A stretch of DNA of 39,182 bases from a bacterium (GTDB lineage Bacteria; Patescibacteriota; Minisyncoccia; Phycocordibacterales; VMGT01), in the NCBI GenBank assembly GCA_023264615.1, contig JAHFLU010000002.1, forward strand, positions 1 to 39,182, in the 5' to 3' direction. A model generated the notes under the pieces. The model saw nothing but the letters and a program-made list of their open reading frames with translations, searched no databases and was not told where the DNA came from. A program made the translations under genes and the position numbers. This document shows positions 9,761 to 19,001 of this stretch, piece by piece; the first letter of the stretch is position 1, and each line of letters begins with the position of its first letter.

Positions 9761-12700
9761 CTACTCTCCCGTGAGAGCGCTGATCCGTCTTTGCATCTCT
9801 GCAAGCGTGTCTGCAAGAGAGGTGAGGACAGATGCGTTCATATGTGCGGGATTTGTTGTATAGGAGTTGATCGTCTCATTGACACTCTCAAGTTGTGAGG
9901 CGATAGAGGCAATTTGGGTAGTGCGCTCTGGGATACGAGCGCCGAGTGCAGGGAGCACTGTTGCACTGCCGACGAGATAGTTCTCGACACTCCAGCCATC
10001 AGCGCCGGTAGCGTAGTCGATATTCCACCAGGTAAAGGCATTTGCTATGGTGGGACCTGCGATAATGGTACCGAGCTGCTCAAGGGTGAACTGCTTGCCA
10101 AGGACTGCGCAGAGTGTACCGGCACAGGAGCGGACATTGAGGGGGCCATTCCCTACTTTGATGGTATCACCTACCTTAAACTTCAGTGTCTTTGCGCTGA
10201 CAGAGAAGGATCGTGCACTCAGGTTGCCTGCGGCATCATAGGCAGAAACCGTGTACGTGTAGGTAGTAAGAGGTGTGAGCATCGTGTCTGCATACGTAGT
10301 GGTGGTTGTTCTCGCTATCTTAAGACCATTGCGATAGACATCGTATCCTACGACACCGACGGCATCAGTCGATGCGCTCCATGAGAGAGTGACCGCGGCT
10401 GAGGAGACGGGGGTAGCTTTCAGATTGAGAGGGACCGTAGGGGGAGTAGTGTCTATGGGAAGAGTACCGAAGAGTTTAATCTCTGCTGCAGCAGTCCATG
10501 GGTTAGCATTGACTTCGCTTACAGCAACAAACTTGATGTAGAGAGCATTCCGTGCGGTGAAGTTGACACGTTTCTCCTCTGCGCTGTTGAGGAACGTTCC
10601 GGTAGCAACGGCAAGGCCCCAGTTCACACCGTCAGTGCTTAAATAGAGCGTGTAGCCTTTCACGTTGCCGTTGACCTCAGGTACGTCCTGTCGGGGAAGG
10701 TAGCTTAAGCCTGAGACAGAGTATGTGCTGTCGAGCTTGAGGACGATGGTATGGGGATGCGGTGGAGAGGCGATGCCGAGTGGGTTGCCAAGAGAATCAG
10801 TCCACTCAGTCACCCACTTGGTGGCTGGGTTAGCATCGATTGCGTTCGTCGCTGCGCCGTTTTCTCCCACGAGTTCCTCACTGTCCACGGAGAAGACGGA
10901 GAGGTGTGTGGAGAGGATAGGGAGAGGATTCCGAACCGTTACCGTAAGGGGGAGAGAAGTTGCTTTGTTTCCTGCAGCGTCTCGTGTCAGAGCAGTGATG
11001 GTATATGAGCCGTTTGGAACTGTTGTCGTGTTCCAGCCGCCGGTGAGAGTGAAAGGAGAGGGAGCAGTGGTGTCTTCGGGGCCCAGGGGCTGGTTGACCA
11101 TGCCCGTGCCAGAGAGGAAGAACTGCACTCCCACAACAGCAATGTTGTCCGAAGAATTAGCGGAGACAGGAACGGTGCCGGAGACGACTGCTCCCAGTAT
11201 GGGTGCGGTCATGGAGACCGTAGGGGGAGTGGTATCAGGCGGTACCATAATGCTTTGGATCTCCGATGCGCTCAACGCTCGGTTGTAGAGACGGACATCA
11301 TCGATCGTACCGTTCAAGTATTCACCAAACTGGCTGGCACCGATCTGAAGGATACCGGTAGTGTTTACGGGGGAAACAGAGGAGAGAGCAGTGGCTACTT
11401 GCATACCATCTTTGTATAGACGCAGCGTTGTACCGTCAAAGGTCAGGACAAGGTGAGCCCAGATATTAGCGGCAAGAGGTGTGGGAGTGCATGCCACGGT
11501 AGTAGAGACGCCATCGCTTATGCCACCTATTGGTGCGCCCGTGGCACAGTACGTGTTCGAGCCTGCATAGAGGAAGTAGGTATAGTTTTTAACGATGATG
11601 GAGCGGAAGTTCGTGATGACTACGGCGGGCTTAACCCAGGCAGCGAGGGTGAAAGGACTCGTGAGGTCGACTGAAGCAGAGTCAGGAACTCCGATGTACT
11701 GATTGATGCCGTTTAAGAAGATGGCGCCTCCTACTTTGCCTATGGTCCAGATGGGAGCGTTGATGAGCGTGCCGTTCTGAACTCCGTCTGCTGTGGCGGA
11801 GTCTTTGGCTGTGATGCCGGAAGCATCGTCAAAGCGGAGGTGGACGAGCGGGGTGAGCGCTGGGGGGACAATCGTGGAAGAGACCACCGTGCCACTTAAG
11901 GTCAGATTTCCCCAGAGATTGGGACGAAAATAACTTCCGGTAGTAATCAAATTCATCCAGTCGAATTGCTTGCTGATCCCATTATCTCGGTCGTTGTTTC
12001 CAAGCAACAGCCCGAGGACTTTGTTCGCGGCAGGTAGTGTATTCATCGTCGACCATGGAAGGGCGATTTCCATGGTGTAGCCGGTTAAGCTCGTCACAGT
12101 TTTAACGATGGGGCCGGCCGGACTCACGAGGTTATGGATATTCATCGCGAAAGAAAAATCATTCGCATCCATCGCGGTTGATTTGTTGTTTAACGTGTCC
12201 AGATAGATTTCCGCGCCGTCGTCTTGGTAGTATTGAAGATCGGCTGCCTCGAGTTTGGAGTCGGTGACTTGATACGCGAGATACAGATTTTGATTGTCCC
12301 AAAGGCCGAAGACTTTCACCTGATTGTCGCTTTGGGCTGAATTTGAGAACGAGACGGAATTCGCCTGCGACCAGATAGCTTCTGAAAGATTGCCATCAAT
12401 AACAATGGGAACATCGGTTTTGAAGGCGGTGAGGTTATTATTCACGGGAACAACGGGAACACTCGAAGCGTTGACACTAATTGTTACACTAGCACTCCCG
12501 CTTCCTCCCGACCCCGTACACGTCAGTGAATACAGCGTTGTCGCTGTTGGAAAAACGACAAATGATCCGAAAAGCTGTTGAACACCAGACCATCCGCCGG
12601 ATGTGCTGCAGTTCGTTACGTTCGTTGATGACCAGTTCAGCGTCGAGGACTGACCGGAGGTGATCGTGAGAGAGGATGCGGTGAGAGTGACTGTAGGGGC

Positions 12701-14062
12701 GGGGGGAACCAAAACGCTGCTGCCTCCAAATTCATACGCGCCGATGTCGTAGACCACGCCTTGGGGGCGGGAACGGCCGTCGATGTCGGTGGTAATGCCG
12801 AGAGAGGAGAGGTTCATACCTGCGTCGATCGCGGGAGAGCCGGCCTGGAGGTGGAAGTCCGCGCCGGCGGGGTTGAGGAAGACATTTGCGGCGCTTGCCG
12901 CTTTAGTACAGCCAATTGTGAAGGGAGCACTAAGAGAGTCGCAGATGTTCGCGGCAAAATCGAGATTGGTTGTATTTTGGTCAAGAATGTTCCACTTGTG
13001 ACCGATGACAATGTTATTTTTTACCCTGACACCACTTCCGTCGGGCCAGATACCGATTTCGCCGTTGTTGTACACGGAGTTGTTGTAGACATCTGTTCCA
13101 CCGTTCGCATGAATGCCGTCTAAGTTGTTATACACAAGATTGTTGTAGATGTGATTGCCCGGGTGGGCGACGATTCCCCAATTGTTGTGATTGTTGTAAA
13201 AAGATGAATTGCGGATCGTATTCCTCGTCGACGTACACCCTTCACAGGTGAGCTGGATACCGTTGCCGCTATTGTCATGCGAGGAGACCTGTTCGATCAG
13301 ATGATCAGTTCCAGTGATATAAAGCCCGTGCGGACACGGTTGGCCATCATCGTTACGATGGCCGACACACGGCGAACCATCCCTGTTAAATCTAAAGTCG
13401 TGTATGTGCAGATTGCGCATTATGTGAAAACTCCCCGACGTGATTATTCCTTCACCGTTGCCGTTCATGAGTTCAGCGTTTTGAACAACCATATGGTCAC
13501 CATCTACGCTGTACCCGTTTCCCGATCTATTGTCGGTTGTTTGCGTCTGGAAGCCCGCATTTACATTGATTCCGTCAACAGTGACGTAACTCCCGCCTAA
13601 ACTAACGACTCCTCCCCCTCCCGGGTAACCAAAAAACATCGGTTGTAATAATACCCGCTCGCCAGCCGCCGCTCTGATGATTGTCGGAGCTCCAGCCGTC
13701 CCGCTGGGGACGGCGACAGTGACGGCTGTATTGAATGAGGCAATGATCTCGTTGTACGTGCCGCCGCCGATAATGAGCGTATCCCCACCCGCCATACAGG
13801 CGATGCCGGCGTTGATGGTGAGTTTCGGTCCCTGGCCGCAGGGCGTACTGTTATTCCCGGACTTCGAAACAAAATACGTCGCCGCCAACGCCGATGAACT
13901 GAAAACAAACCAGGGTAGAATAACACCGAACACCACGCCGAGTAAAAGCTCAGCGGCTCGCATCGTGTGCCTTTCTTGTACGTGTGCATCCGTCGTATCA
14001 AAACAACTACTCTTGTTACGCTTCGCTGTAGGTAAAAAGGAGGAAGCAATAGATTTAAGCAT
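9761..14062 (-). CDS. Giant secreted multidomain protein. N-to-C order: beta-helix, Ig/PKD-like, CBM9-like, LamG, Ig-like, F5/8-type-C, FN3, SH3b, helical tail
   Basis: 1433-aa ORF. The likely start is Met34 (ATG 13963), giving the signal peptide MRAAELLLGVVFGVILPWFVFSSSALA. Parallel beta-helix repeats are 'HIYNNLVYNN..VYNNSVYNN' ending 'DIDGRSRPQG.VYDIGAYEF'. 'DDVRLYNRALSASEIQ' is LamG/ConA-like. 'AIDANPATKWVTEW' is discoidin-like. 'PPTVPLNLKATP..VTLSWSAS..GYDVYRNG' is FN3. 'FKVGDTIKV..LNVRSCAG' is SH3b. Confidence 0.85.
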   Translation of the reverse strand: MLKSIASSFLPTAKRNKSSCFDTTDAHVQERHTMRAAELLLGVVFGVILPWFVFSSSALAATYFVSKSGNNSTPCGQGPKLTINAGIACMAGGDTLIIGGGTYNEIIASFNTAVTVAVPSGTAGAPTIIRAAAGERVLLQPMFFGYPGGGGVVSLGGSYVTVDGINVNAGFQTQTTDNRSGNGYSVDGDHMVVQNAELMNGNGEGIITSGSFHIMRNLHIHDFRFNRDGSPCVGHRNDDGQPCPHGLYITGTDHLIEQVSSHDNSGNGIQLTCEGCTSTRNTIRNSSFYNNHNNWGIVAHPGNHIYNNLVYNNLDGIHANGGTDVYNNSVYNNGEIGIWPDGSGVRVKNNIVIGHKWNILDQNTTNLDFAANICDSLSAPFTIGCTKAASAANVFLNPAGADFHLQAGSPAIDAGMNLSSLGITTDIDGRSRPQGVVYDIGAYEFGGSSVLVPPAPTVTLTASSLTITSGQSSTLNWSSTNVTNCSTSGGWSGVQQLFGSFVVFPTATTLYSLTCTGSGGSGSASVTISVNASSVPVVPVNNNLTAFKTDVPIVIDGNLSEAIWSQANSVSFSNSAQSDNQVKVFGLWDNQNLYLAYQVTDSKLEAADLQYYQDDGAEIYLDTLNNKSTAMDANDFSFAMNIHNLVSPAGPIVKTVTSLTGYTMEIALPWSTMNTLPAANKVLGLLLGNNDRDNGISKQFDWMNLITTGSYFRPNLWGNLTLSGTVVSSTIVPPALTPLVHLRFDDASGITAKDSATADGVQNGTLINAPIWTIGKVGGAIFLNGINQYIGVPDSASVDLTSPFTLAAWVKPAVVITNFRSIIVKNYTYFLYAGSNTYCATGAPIGGISDGVSTTVACTPTPLAANIWAHLVLTFDGTTLRLYKDGMQVATALSSVSPVNTTGILQIGASQFGEYLNGTIDDVRLYNRALSASEIQSIMVPPDTTPPTVSMTAPILGAVVSGTVPVSANSSDNIAVVGVQFFLSGTGMVNQPLGPEDTTAPSPFTLTGGWNTTTVPNGSYTITALTRDAAGNKATSLPLTVTVRNPLPILSTHLSVFSVDSEELVGENGAATNAIDANPATKWVTEWTDSLGNPLGIASPPHPHTIVLKLDSTYSVSGLSYLPRQDVPEVNGNVKGYTLYLSTDGVNWGLAVATGTFLNSAEEKRVNFTARNALYIKFVAVSEVNANPWTAAAEIKLFGTLPIDTTPPTVPLNLKATPVSSAAVTLSWSASTDAVGVVGYDVYRNGLKIARTTTTTYADTMLTPLTTYTYTVSAYDAAGNLSARSFSVSAKTLKFKVGDTIKVGNGPLNVRSCAGTLCAVLGKQFTLEQLGTIIAGPTIANAFTWWNIDYATGADGWSVENYLVGSATVLPALGARIPERTTQIASIASQLESVNETINSYTTNPAHMNASVLTSLADTLAEMQRRISALTGE

Positions 14063-14390
14063 GGTTTGTATTATATAGATTCATTAATCTATATATACTA
14101 TCACAGGTAGCTTTAGTAACCGCAGTTGAAGGGGGGGTTTTTCCACAGACATGGACTTGTAATACTTTAGGATTTTTTCAATCAAGAAAGACTGCTTTTA
14201 GAAATTCCCTCCCGTCTCATGAGACGGTCTTCGCGGGGTCTGGGTGAGCGCCACAATGACATGTGAAATAGTGTGTTGTTGAAAAATATAGATTCTTGTA
14301 AAAATGCTTTTCCGAACTTTTTTTGTCCCAAAATATGTTGTTAAATAATATTGAAATGGAGTGCGGGAGAGAGAAAAAGCGGTGTTTTGC

Positions 14391-14419
14391 TTGACAAATT
14401 AACAAATATCAAGTATTTT
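14391..14419 (+). promoter_or_regulatory. Sigma70-type promoter for the small plus-strand unit
   Basis: TTGACA (14391-14396), an exact 17-nt spacer, then TATTTT (14414-14419). It lies about 70 nt upstream of the ATG at 14490. Confidence 0.45.
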
Positions 14420-14489
14420 TGAACCAACTGGTGGGGGTTCGAATTATTTGCCCCCAGAACGGCTTTTTGTTGACTCTACCAAAAAGGAA

Positions 14490-14654
14490 ATGCTCATGCA
14501 AGTGCACGAGAATGTCCAAGAAGTAGAATTTACCCGACAAGTCCTCGAGGCGCAGGTCACTTTTTTGAAGGCGGCTACTGCGCTATTCCTTCGGATGACG
14601 CCCGACGAGAGACAGCGCTATGTTATTGAAATCCCCATCTCCTTGAGGATTTGA
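14490..14654 (+). CDS. Small hypothetical protein (54 aa, predicted helical)
   Basis: The ATG at 14490 is preceded by AAGGAAA. The ORF-track start at 14448 is a TTG inside a 5' hairpin. No motif recognised. The stop overlaps the next ORF's possible TTG start (TTGA). Confidence 0.3.
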   Translation: MLMQVHENVQEVEFTRQVLEAQVTFLKAATALFLRMTPDERQRYVIEIPISLRI

Positions 14655-15058
14655 GGGCATGTTTCTCGCTCTCTGCAGCACGGCGTGAACGTACGCGCCT
14701 AACAATATCGCCAGATATTTTTGACCTTTGCGCGATTGCCGGGCACTCGGGTGGTCTAACAAACAAAATATCTGCAGTATGTTTCAACCAGTATATGACG
14801 CAGAGAGAGGTAGATGCGTGGGCTGTGGAAAACAATAAGAAGTTTGCAACCGTAGAACAGGCACGCTCTGTTGTTGCAGTCTTAAAGAGCAAACTGAAGA
14901 GATTTTTTCCGTTCGCTATTCTTGGTAATGCGAAAGAAAGTGCTGATGGGTCCCAGATTAATTGTTCCATTATTGCAGTTAACGAACGTGATGACCGCGA
15001 GGTTATGTATCCGACCAAATGGGGTCAAGCTTGGTCGTTTCTAATGACCGACGAGTAA
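14651..15058 (+). CDS. Hypothetical protein; start uncertain (TTG 14651 or ATG 14795)
   Basis: An open frame to 15058, immediately followed by a strong terminator. No motif recognised. It is bracketed by the promoter and terminator of the same unit. Confidence 0.35.
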   Translation: MRACFSLSAARRERTRLTISPDIFDLCAIAGHSGGLTNKISAVCFNQYMTQREVDAWAVENNKKFATVEQARSVVAVLKSKLKRFFPFAILGNAKESADGSQINCSIIAVNERDDREVMYPTKWGQAWSFLMTDE

Positions 15059-15070
15059 TCTCCTAGCCTT

Positions 15071-15115
15071 CCGGCCTGGTGTGCCATTGCAGCGCACACC
15101 AGGCCGGTTTTTTTC
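15071..15115 (+). terminator. Strong intrinsic terminator (plus strand); the hairpin also abuts the dnaK stop
   Basis: 14-bp GC-rich stem CCGGCCTGGTGTGC / GCACACCAGGCCGG (15071-15084 / 15094-15107) followed by TTTTTTT (15108-15114). The dnaK stop codon is at 15117-15119 on the opposite strand. Confidence 0.75.
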
Positions 15116-15116
15116 T

Positions 15117-17036
15117 TTACCTTGGTGGATTTTCGTCCTCTGGTTTTTCTTTAAAATCAGCATCGCGGACGTTGCCGTCGGATGTGTTATCACTCTCGGG
15201 GTTTCCGGCTTGTGGAGCCTCGCCTGTTTGTCCGCTTTGTTTGTAAATATGTTCACCCATTTTCTGCATGGATGTTGAGAGCGTCTCTGTTGCAGCTTTG
15301 ATTTGCGTACTGTCGCCCGCATCTTTTATTTTCCGTAAATCGGCAATCTTTTCTTCTATTTCTTTCGTGATTGCTTCTGGTATTTTTCCTGTATTATCCT
15401 TCAGGGATTTTTCAGCCATATAGATAAGCTGTTCTGCGTTGTTGCGTGCTTCAGCAGCATCCTTTTTTTTCTGATCTTCGGCGCTGTGCGCATCCGCGTC
15501 TTTTTTCATTTTTTCAATATCAGCGTCAGAGAGACCGGAACGTGCTTCAATACGGATAAATTGCTCTTTTCCGGTGCCCTTGTCTCTTGCTTTTACGCTC
15601 AAGATTCCGTTTGCATCAACATCAAATGTTACTTCAATTTGAGGCATACCGCGGTGTGCGGGCGCAATACCGTCGAGAATAAATCTACCGAGAAGTTTGT
15701 TGTCGTCTGCCATAGGGCGCTCGCCCTGCACGATCTTGATATCGACGGATGGTTGATTGTCAGTCGCAGTCGAAAATACCTGTGATTTTGATGTTGGTAT
15801 CGTTGTGTTTTTTTCGATGAGTTTTGTATTCACGCCGCCCATGGTTTCAATGCCAAGGGAGAGCGGAATAACGTCGAGAAGGAGCACGTCTTTAACGTCC
15901 CCCTGCAAAATGCCTCCTTGAATCGCAGCACCGAGTGCTACCACTTCGTCGGGATTGATTGACTTGTTGGGTTCTTTATTAAAGAGGTCGCGAACTGCAT
16001 CATGAATTGCGGGCATGCGCGTCTGACCGCCGACAAGGATTATTTCGTCGATCTCGTTCATTTTGAAAGGCGATGCGTCGAGCGCCCGTTTTGTGATCAT
16101 TATTGCACGATCAATGTATTCGCGCGTCAGCTCGACGAGCGTGGCCCGGGTCATTTTGAGAAGCAGATGTTTTGGACCGTTCGCGTCTGACGTAATGAAC
16201 GGAATATTGATTTCCGTTTCCATTGCTGCAGAAAGCTCATGTTTTGCCTTTTCGGCAGCTTCATCGAGACGCTGGAGCGCAAGGGCATCGCGGCGCAAGT
16301 CGATACCGTTTTCTTTTTTGAATTGGTCGGCGATCCAGTTAATGATCTTTTGGTCAATGTCTTTTCCGCCGAGATGTGCATCGCCATCGGTTGATTTTAC
16401 CTCGACGACGTCATCTGCAACTTCAAGCACAGATACATCGAAAGTACCGCCGCCGAAATCAAAGACGACAATTTTTTCATCTTTCTTTTTATTGAAACCG
16501 TATGCGAGAGCTGCTGCAGTTGGCTCGTTAATGATGCGTTCGACATCGAGACCGGCGATTTTTCCAGCATCTTTCGTTGCCTGGCGCTGCGAGTCGTTGA
16601 AGTACGCGGGTACGGTGATAACCGCTTTTGTTACCTTTTCTCCAAGGCGCGCCTCCGCATCGACTTTAAGTTTTTGTAAAATGATTGCCGAAATTTCTTC
16701 TGGCCGAAGCTCTTTATCGCCCATGACGACTTTCACGCCACCGCTTTCTGCCCTTCTGACCTCAAATGGTACAGTTGCCTTGTCTTTCTGTACCTCTGGC
16801 TCGTCGAAGCGGTGTCCAATGAAGCGCTTGATTGCGAACACAGTGTTTTTGGGGTTTGTCACTGCCTGCCGTTTTGCGAGAAGTCCTGCAATGCGCTCCC
16901 CTGTTTTCGAGAGTGCGACAATTGAGGGTGTTGTCCGCATACCCTCGGCGTTCTCGATGATTTTTGGTTCGCCGGCTTCGATAAAAGCGACCGCGGAGTT
17001 TGTTGTTCCCAAGTCTATTCCTATTACCTTAGACAT
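15117..17036 (-). CDS. dnaK: Molecular chaperone DnaK (Hsp70)
   Basis: 639 aa. '[18 protein letters not shown]', '[10 protein letters not shown]', '[10 protein letters not shown]' and a typical C-terminal lid. Confidence 0.97.
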   Translation of the reverse strand: MSKVIGIDLGTTNSAVAFIEAGEPKIIENAEGMRTTPSIVALSKTGERIAGLLAKRQAVTNPKNTVFAIKRFIGHRFDEPEVQKDKATVPFEVRRAESGGVKVVMGDKELRPEEISAIILQKLKVDAEARLGEKVTKAVITVPAYFNDSQRQATKDAGKIAGLDVERIINEPTAAALAYGFNKKKDEKIVVFDFGGGTFDVSVLEVADDVVEVKSTDGDAHLGGKDIDQKIINWIADQFKKENGIDLRRDALALQRLDEAAEKAKHELSAAMETEINIPFITSDANGPKHLLLKMTRATLVELTREYIDRAIMITKRALDASPFKMNEIDEIILVGGQTRMPAIHDAVRDLFNKEPNKSINPDEVVALGAAIQGGILQGDVKDVLLLDVIPLSLGIETMGGVNTKLIEKNTTIPTSKSQVFSTATDNQPSVDIKIVQGERPMADDNKLLGRFILDGIAPAHRGMPQIEVTFDVDANGILSVKARDKGTGKEQFIRIEARSGLSDADIEKMKKDADAHSAEDQKKKDAAEARNNAEQLIYMAEKSLKDNTGKIPEAITKEIEEKIADLRKIKDAGDSTQIKAATETLSTSMQKMGEHIYKQSGQTGEAPQAGNPESDNTSDGNVRDADFKEKPEDENPPR

Positions 17037-17047
17037 ACATTTGGTTA

Positions 17048-17635
17048 TTAATTAGTGTGCTCATAATGTGCTGTTTTCACTTGTGCCGTCCGGATGACTC
17101 GTTCGCGCATTTTGTATCCCCTGGCGATAACCTCGACGATATAGTCTGCTTTCGATGCGTCATTGGTGAGGACAGTGCCTATGGCGGTATGCAAAGCAGG
17201 ATCGAATGCTTCGCCGATTGGGTTAAATTGTATAACATCGTGGTCCTGTAAGATTTTGACAAGTTGGTTGTAAATGTATTCAACACCAATACGCCAGTTT
17301 TTATCGACAGCTTCCCATGCTGTTTTATTGCCGAAAGCCATCTCGAAACTATCAACGACAGGAAAAATCTCGGTGACCACTGATTCTGTAGCAGAGCCCA
17401 TCATTTTGTTGCGTTCTGCGTCAAAGTTCTTTCGTGCGTTTGCGAGATCGGCTTTTGCACGCTGCCAACCGTCAAGGTACTCACTGCGTTCGAGAAGACA
17501 CGTATTGAGCTTCGTTTTTATTTTTTGTAGGTGGAGAGAAACATTTCCAGCATCCTCACTGTACTGTATTTCTTCATCTTTGTCAAATTCTATATCAGAC
17601 GCGTCTGCACCACTGTCTGTATTTTCTTTTTTCAT
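17048..17635 (-). CDS. grpE: Nucleotide exchange factor GrpE
   Basis: Lies directly upstream of dnaK with an 11-nt gap. Acidic N-terminus, a long coiled helix '[16 protein letters not shown]', and a C-terminal beta domain '[12 protein letters not shown]...[16 protein letters not shown]'. The start is taken at Met 'MKKENTD' (ATG 17635) rather than the ORF-track 17689. Confidence 0.85.
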   Translation of the reverse strand: MKKENTDSGADASDIEFDKDEEIQYSEDAGNVSLHLQKIKTKLNTCLLERSEYLDGWQRAKADLANARKNFDAERNKMMGSATESVVTEIFPVVDSFEMAFGNKTAWEAVDKNWRIGVEYIYNQLVKILQDHDVIQFNPIGEAFDPALHTAIGTVLTNDASKADYIVEVIARGYKMRERVIRTAQVKTAHYEHTN

Positions 17636-17758
17636 AATAGTATAACGATTCGATATAAAATAGAGCACAAACAGATGACCCGAAGCCAAATCCTGGAAAT
17701 CGGATTTTAGAATTCCGGCTTCTAAAAAAGACGCACTCCCCTGCTCTTTTTTCGTGGA

Positions 17759-18166
17759 TTAGCGCTTGCTCCACTGCGGTGCCTTGCGTGCTTTCTTGAG
17801 TCCAAACTTCCTGCGCTCCTTTGCCCGTGGATCACGCTTGAGGAAACCTGCTTTTTTGAGTTTCTTGCGGAGTTCAATATCGTGAATAATGAGAATACGG
17901 GCGATACCATGGCGAATGGCTTCAGCTTGTGCGCTTATGCCCCCACCCCTAACTTTCGCTGTAATTTTCCACTTCGCAGCAATTTTTGCTTTCGTAAGAG
18001 CATCGCTTGCAGTGAGACGTAGAGCGGCTGTGGGGAAATATTTTTCTATATCTTTTTCGTTGACTACGAGCGAATTTCGGGTGCTCTCGGTAGCACGTAC
18101 GCGCGCGATAGCCGTTTTTCGGCGACCGACTGCTTCGATATATCTTTTTGTTTCTGTTGCTGCCAT
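17759..18166 (-). CDS. rpsI: 30S ribosomal protein S9
   Basis: 135 aa. 'GRRKTAIARV', 'GGGISAQAEAIRHGIARIL', and the C-terminal '...RKFGLKKARKAPQWSKR'. Confidence 0.95.
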   Translation of the reverse strand: MAATETKRYIEAVGRRKTAIARVRATESTRNSLVVNEKDIEKYFPTAALRLTASDALTKAKIAAKWKITAKVRGGGISAQAEAIRHGIARILIIHDIELRKKLKKAGFLKRDPRAKERRKFGLKKARKAPQWSKR

Positions 18167-18188
18167 AAGGTGTAGAAAATATGTACGG

Positions 18189-18542
18189 TTAGATTTTGCC
18201 TTTGATCGTTAAACGCTTCATGCGGTCACCGCGCAGGCGGTTTCCTGGAAGCATACAATAGACTGCGTCTTGAATGACGCGTTCGACGTCGAATTTCTCG
18301 ATAACCTTTTGCATAGTACGTTCGCGGATACCGCGTGGATAGCCGCTATAGCGAACATACTTTTTTTCCTTGATTTTTTTGGCGGGAAGATCAAGTAGTT
18401 CCGCATTGGTAACAAGTACACTCGCTGTTCCTGGCTTGTTGCGCGCGAAATCAGGGAGATGCTTTCCCATAAGAATCACTGCTACCTCGCTTGCGAGGCG
18501 CCCTAATCTTTTCCCTGTTGCATCTATGGTGTGTGTTTGCAT
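18189..18542 (-). CDS. rplM: 50S ribosomal protein L13 (short form, 117 aa)
   Basis: 'GKRLGRLASEVAVILMGKH.PDF', 'VLVTNAE', 'KKYVRYSGYPRG' and 'MLPGNRLR'. It is followed by rpsI, as in the conserved rplM-rpsI pair. Confidence 0.9.
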   Translation of the reverse strand: MQTHTIDATGKRLGRLASEVAVILMGKHLPDFARNKPGTASVLVTNAELLDLPAKKIKEKKYVRYSGYPRGIRERTMQKVIEKFDVERVIQDAVYCMLPGNRLRGDRMKRLTIKGKI

Positions 18543-18553
18543 GATGGAATTGT

Positions 18554-18913
18554 TTATACAAATTCAATAACGGCCATTGGTCCGCCGTCGCTTGCTCTGA
18601 TTTCAGTTTTGATGATGCGCGTATAGCCGCCACCGCGCCCCTTGTACTTGGGTGCAATTATCTCGACGAGCTTTTTGACTGCGGCAGGCTGCCCACCACT
18701 GCCGAGCTTTCTTACAAGGTAGCGGCGTGTCGTTAAGCTATCTATGCGTGCCTTTGTGACGAGCGGTTCGATAAAAGGACGCAGTTCTTTTGCTTTTGCT
18801 TCAGTGGTTTGTATTTTGCCATGGTCAATAAGGGCAAGCGCAAGAGAGCGCAAAAGCGCCCGTCGTTCATTTGTTTCTAGTCCAAATTTTCTGGTGGTTT
18901 TATGGTGTTTCAT
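18554..18913 (-). CDS. rplQ: 50S ribosomal protein L17
   Basis: 119 aa. 'MKHHKTTRKFGLETNERRALLRSLALALIDHGKIQTTEAKAKELRPF.E.LVTKA' and 'GGYTRI'. Confidence 0.95.
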   Translation of the reverse strand: MKHHKTTRKFGLETNERRALLRSLALALIDHGKIQTTEAKAKELRPFIEPLVTKARIDSLTTRRYLVRKLGSGGQPAAVKKLVEIIAPKYKGRGGGYTRIIKTEIRASDGGPMAVIEFV

Positions 18914-19001
18914 AACGTATACAAAAAACCCACGAATCTATTTCTTGATGAGCTCTAGCATTATGGCGTCTTGGGACTATTCTTGCAAGTCTCTTGCAAT
19001 A

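Noticed and set aside
9838-14078. Many 60-190-aa ORFs on both strands inside the giant gene (e.g. 10725-11288, 13597-14049, 13677-14078).
   Set aside because: All are nested in or antisense to a 4.3-kb ORF with coherent domain content. Their translations are Gly/Arg/Ser-rich, as expected for off-frame reading of GC-richer DNA.
14217-14405. A 62-aa minus-strand ORF.
   Set aside because: It lies in AT-rich intergenic DNA overlapping the plus-strand promoter. It has no SD, and the peptide looks random.
14432-14456. GGTTCGAAT, a tRNA T-arm-like string within TGGGGGTTCGAATTATTTGCCCCCA, as a possible tRNA or att remnant.
   Set aside because: The stem closes around an 13-nt loop rather than a 7-nt T-loop. 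No acceptor, D or anticodon arms can be drawn in the flanks. It is better explained as a leader hairpin.
16063-17055. A 330-aa plus-strand ORF.
   Set aside because: It is fully antisense to dnaK, has a Ser/Ala/Arg-rich low-complexity translation and no start context. It is a typical shadow ORF of a highly conserved gene.
17636-17758. A CIRCE (TTAGCACTC-N9-GAGTGCTAA) heat-shock operator upstream of grpE, also sought upstream of dnaJ at 9477-9760.
   Set aside because: No match to the inverted repeat was seen in either spacer, and no hrcA gene is in the window.
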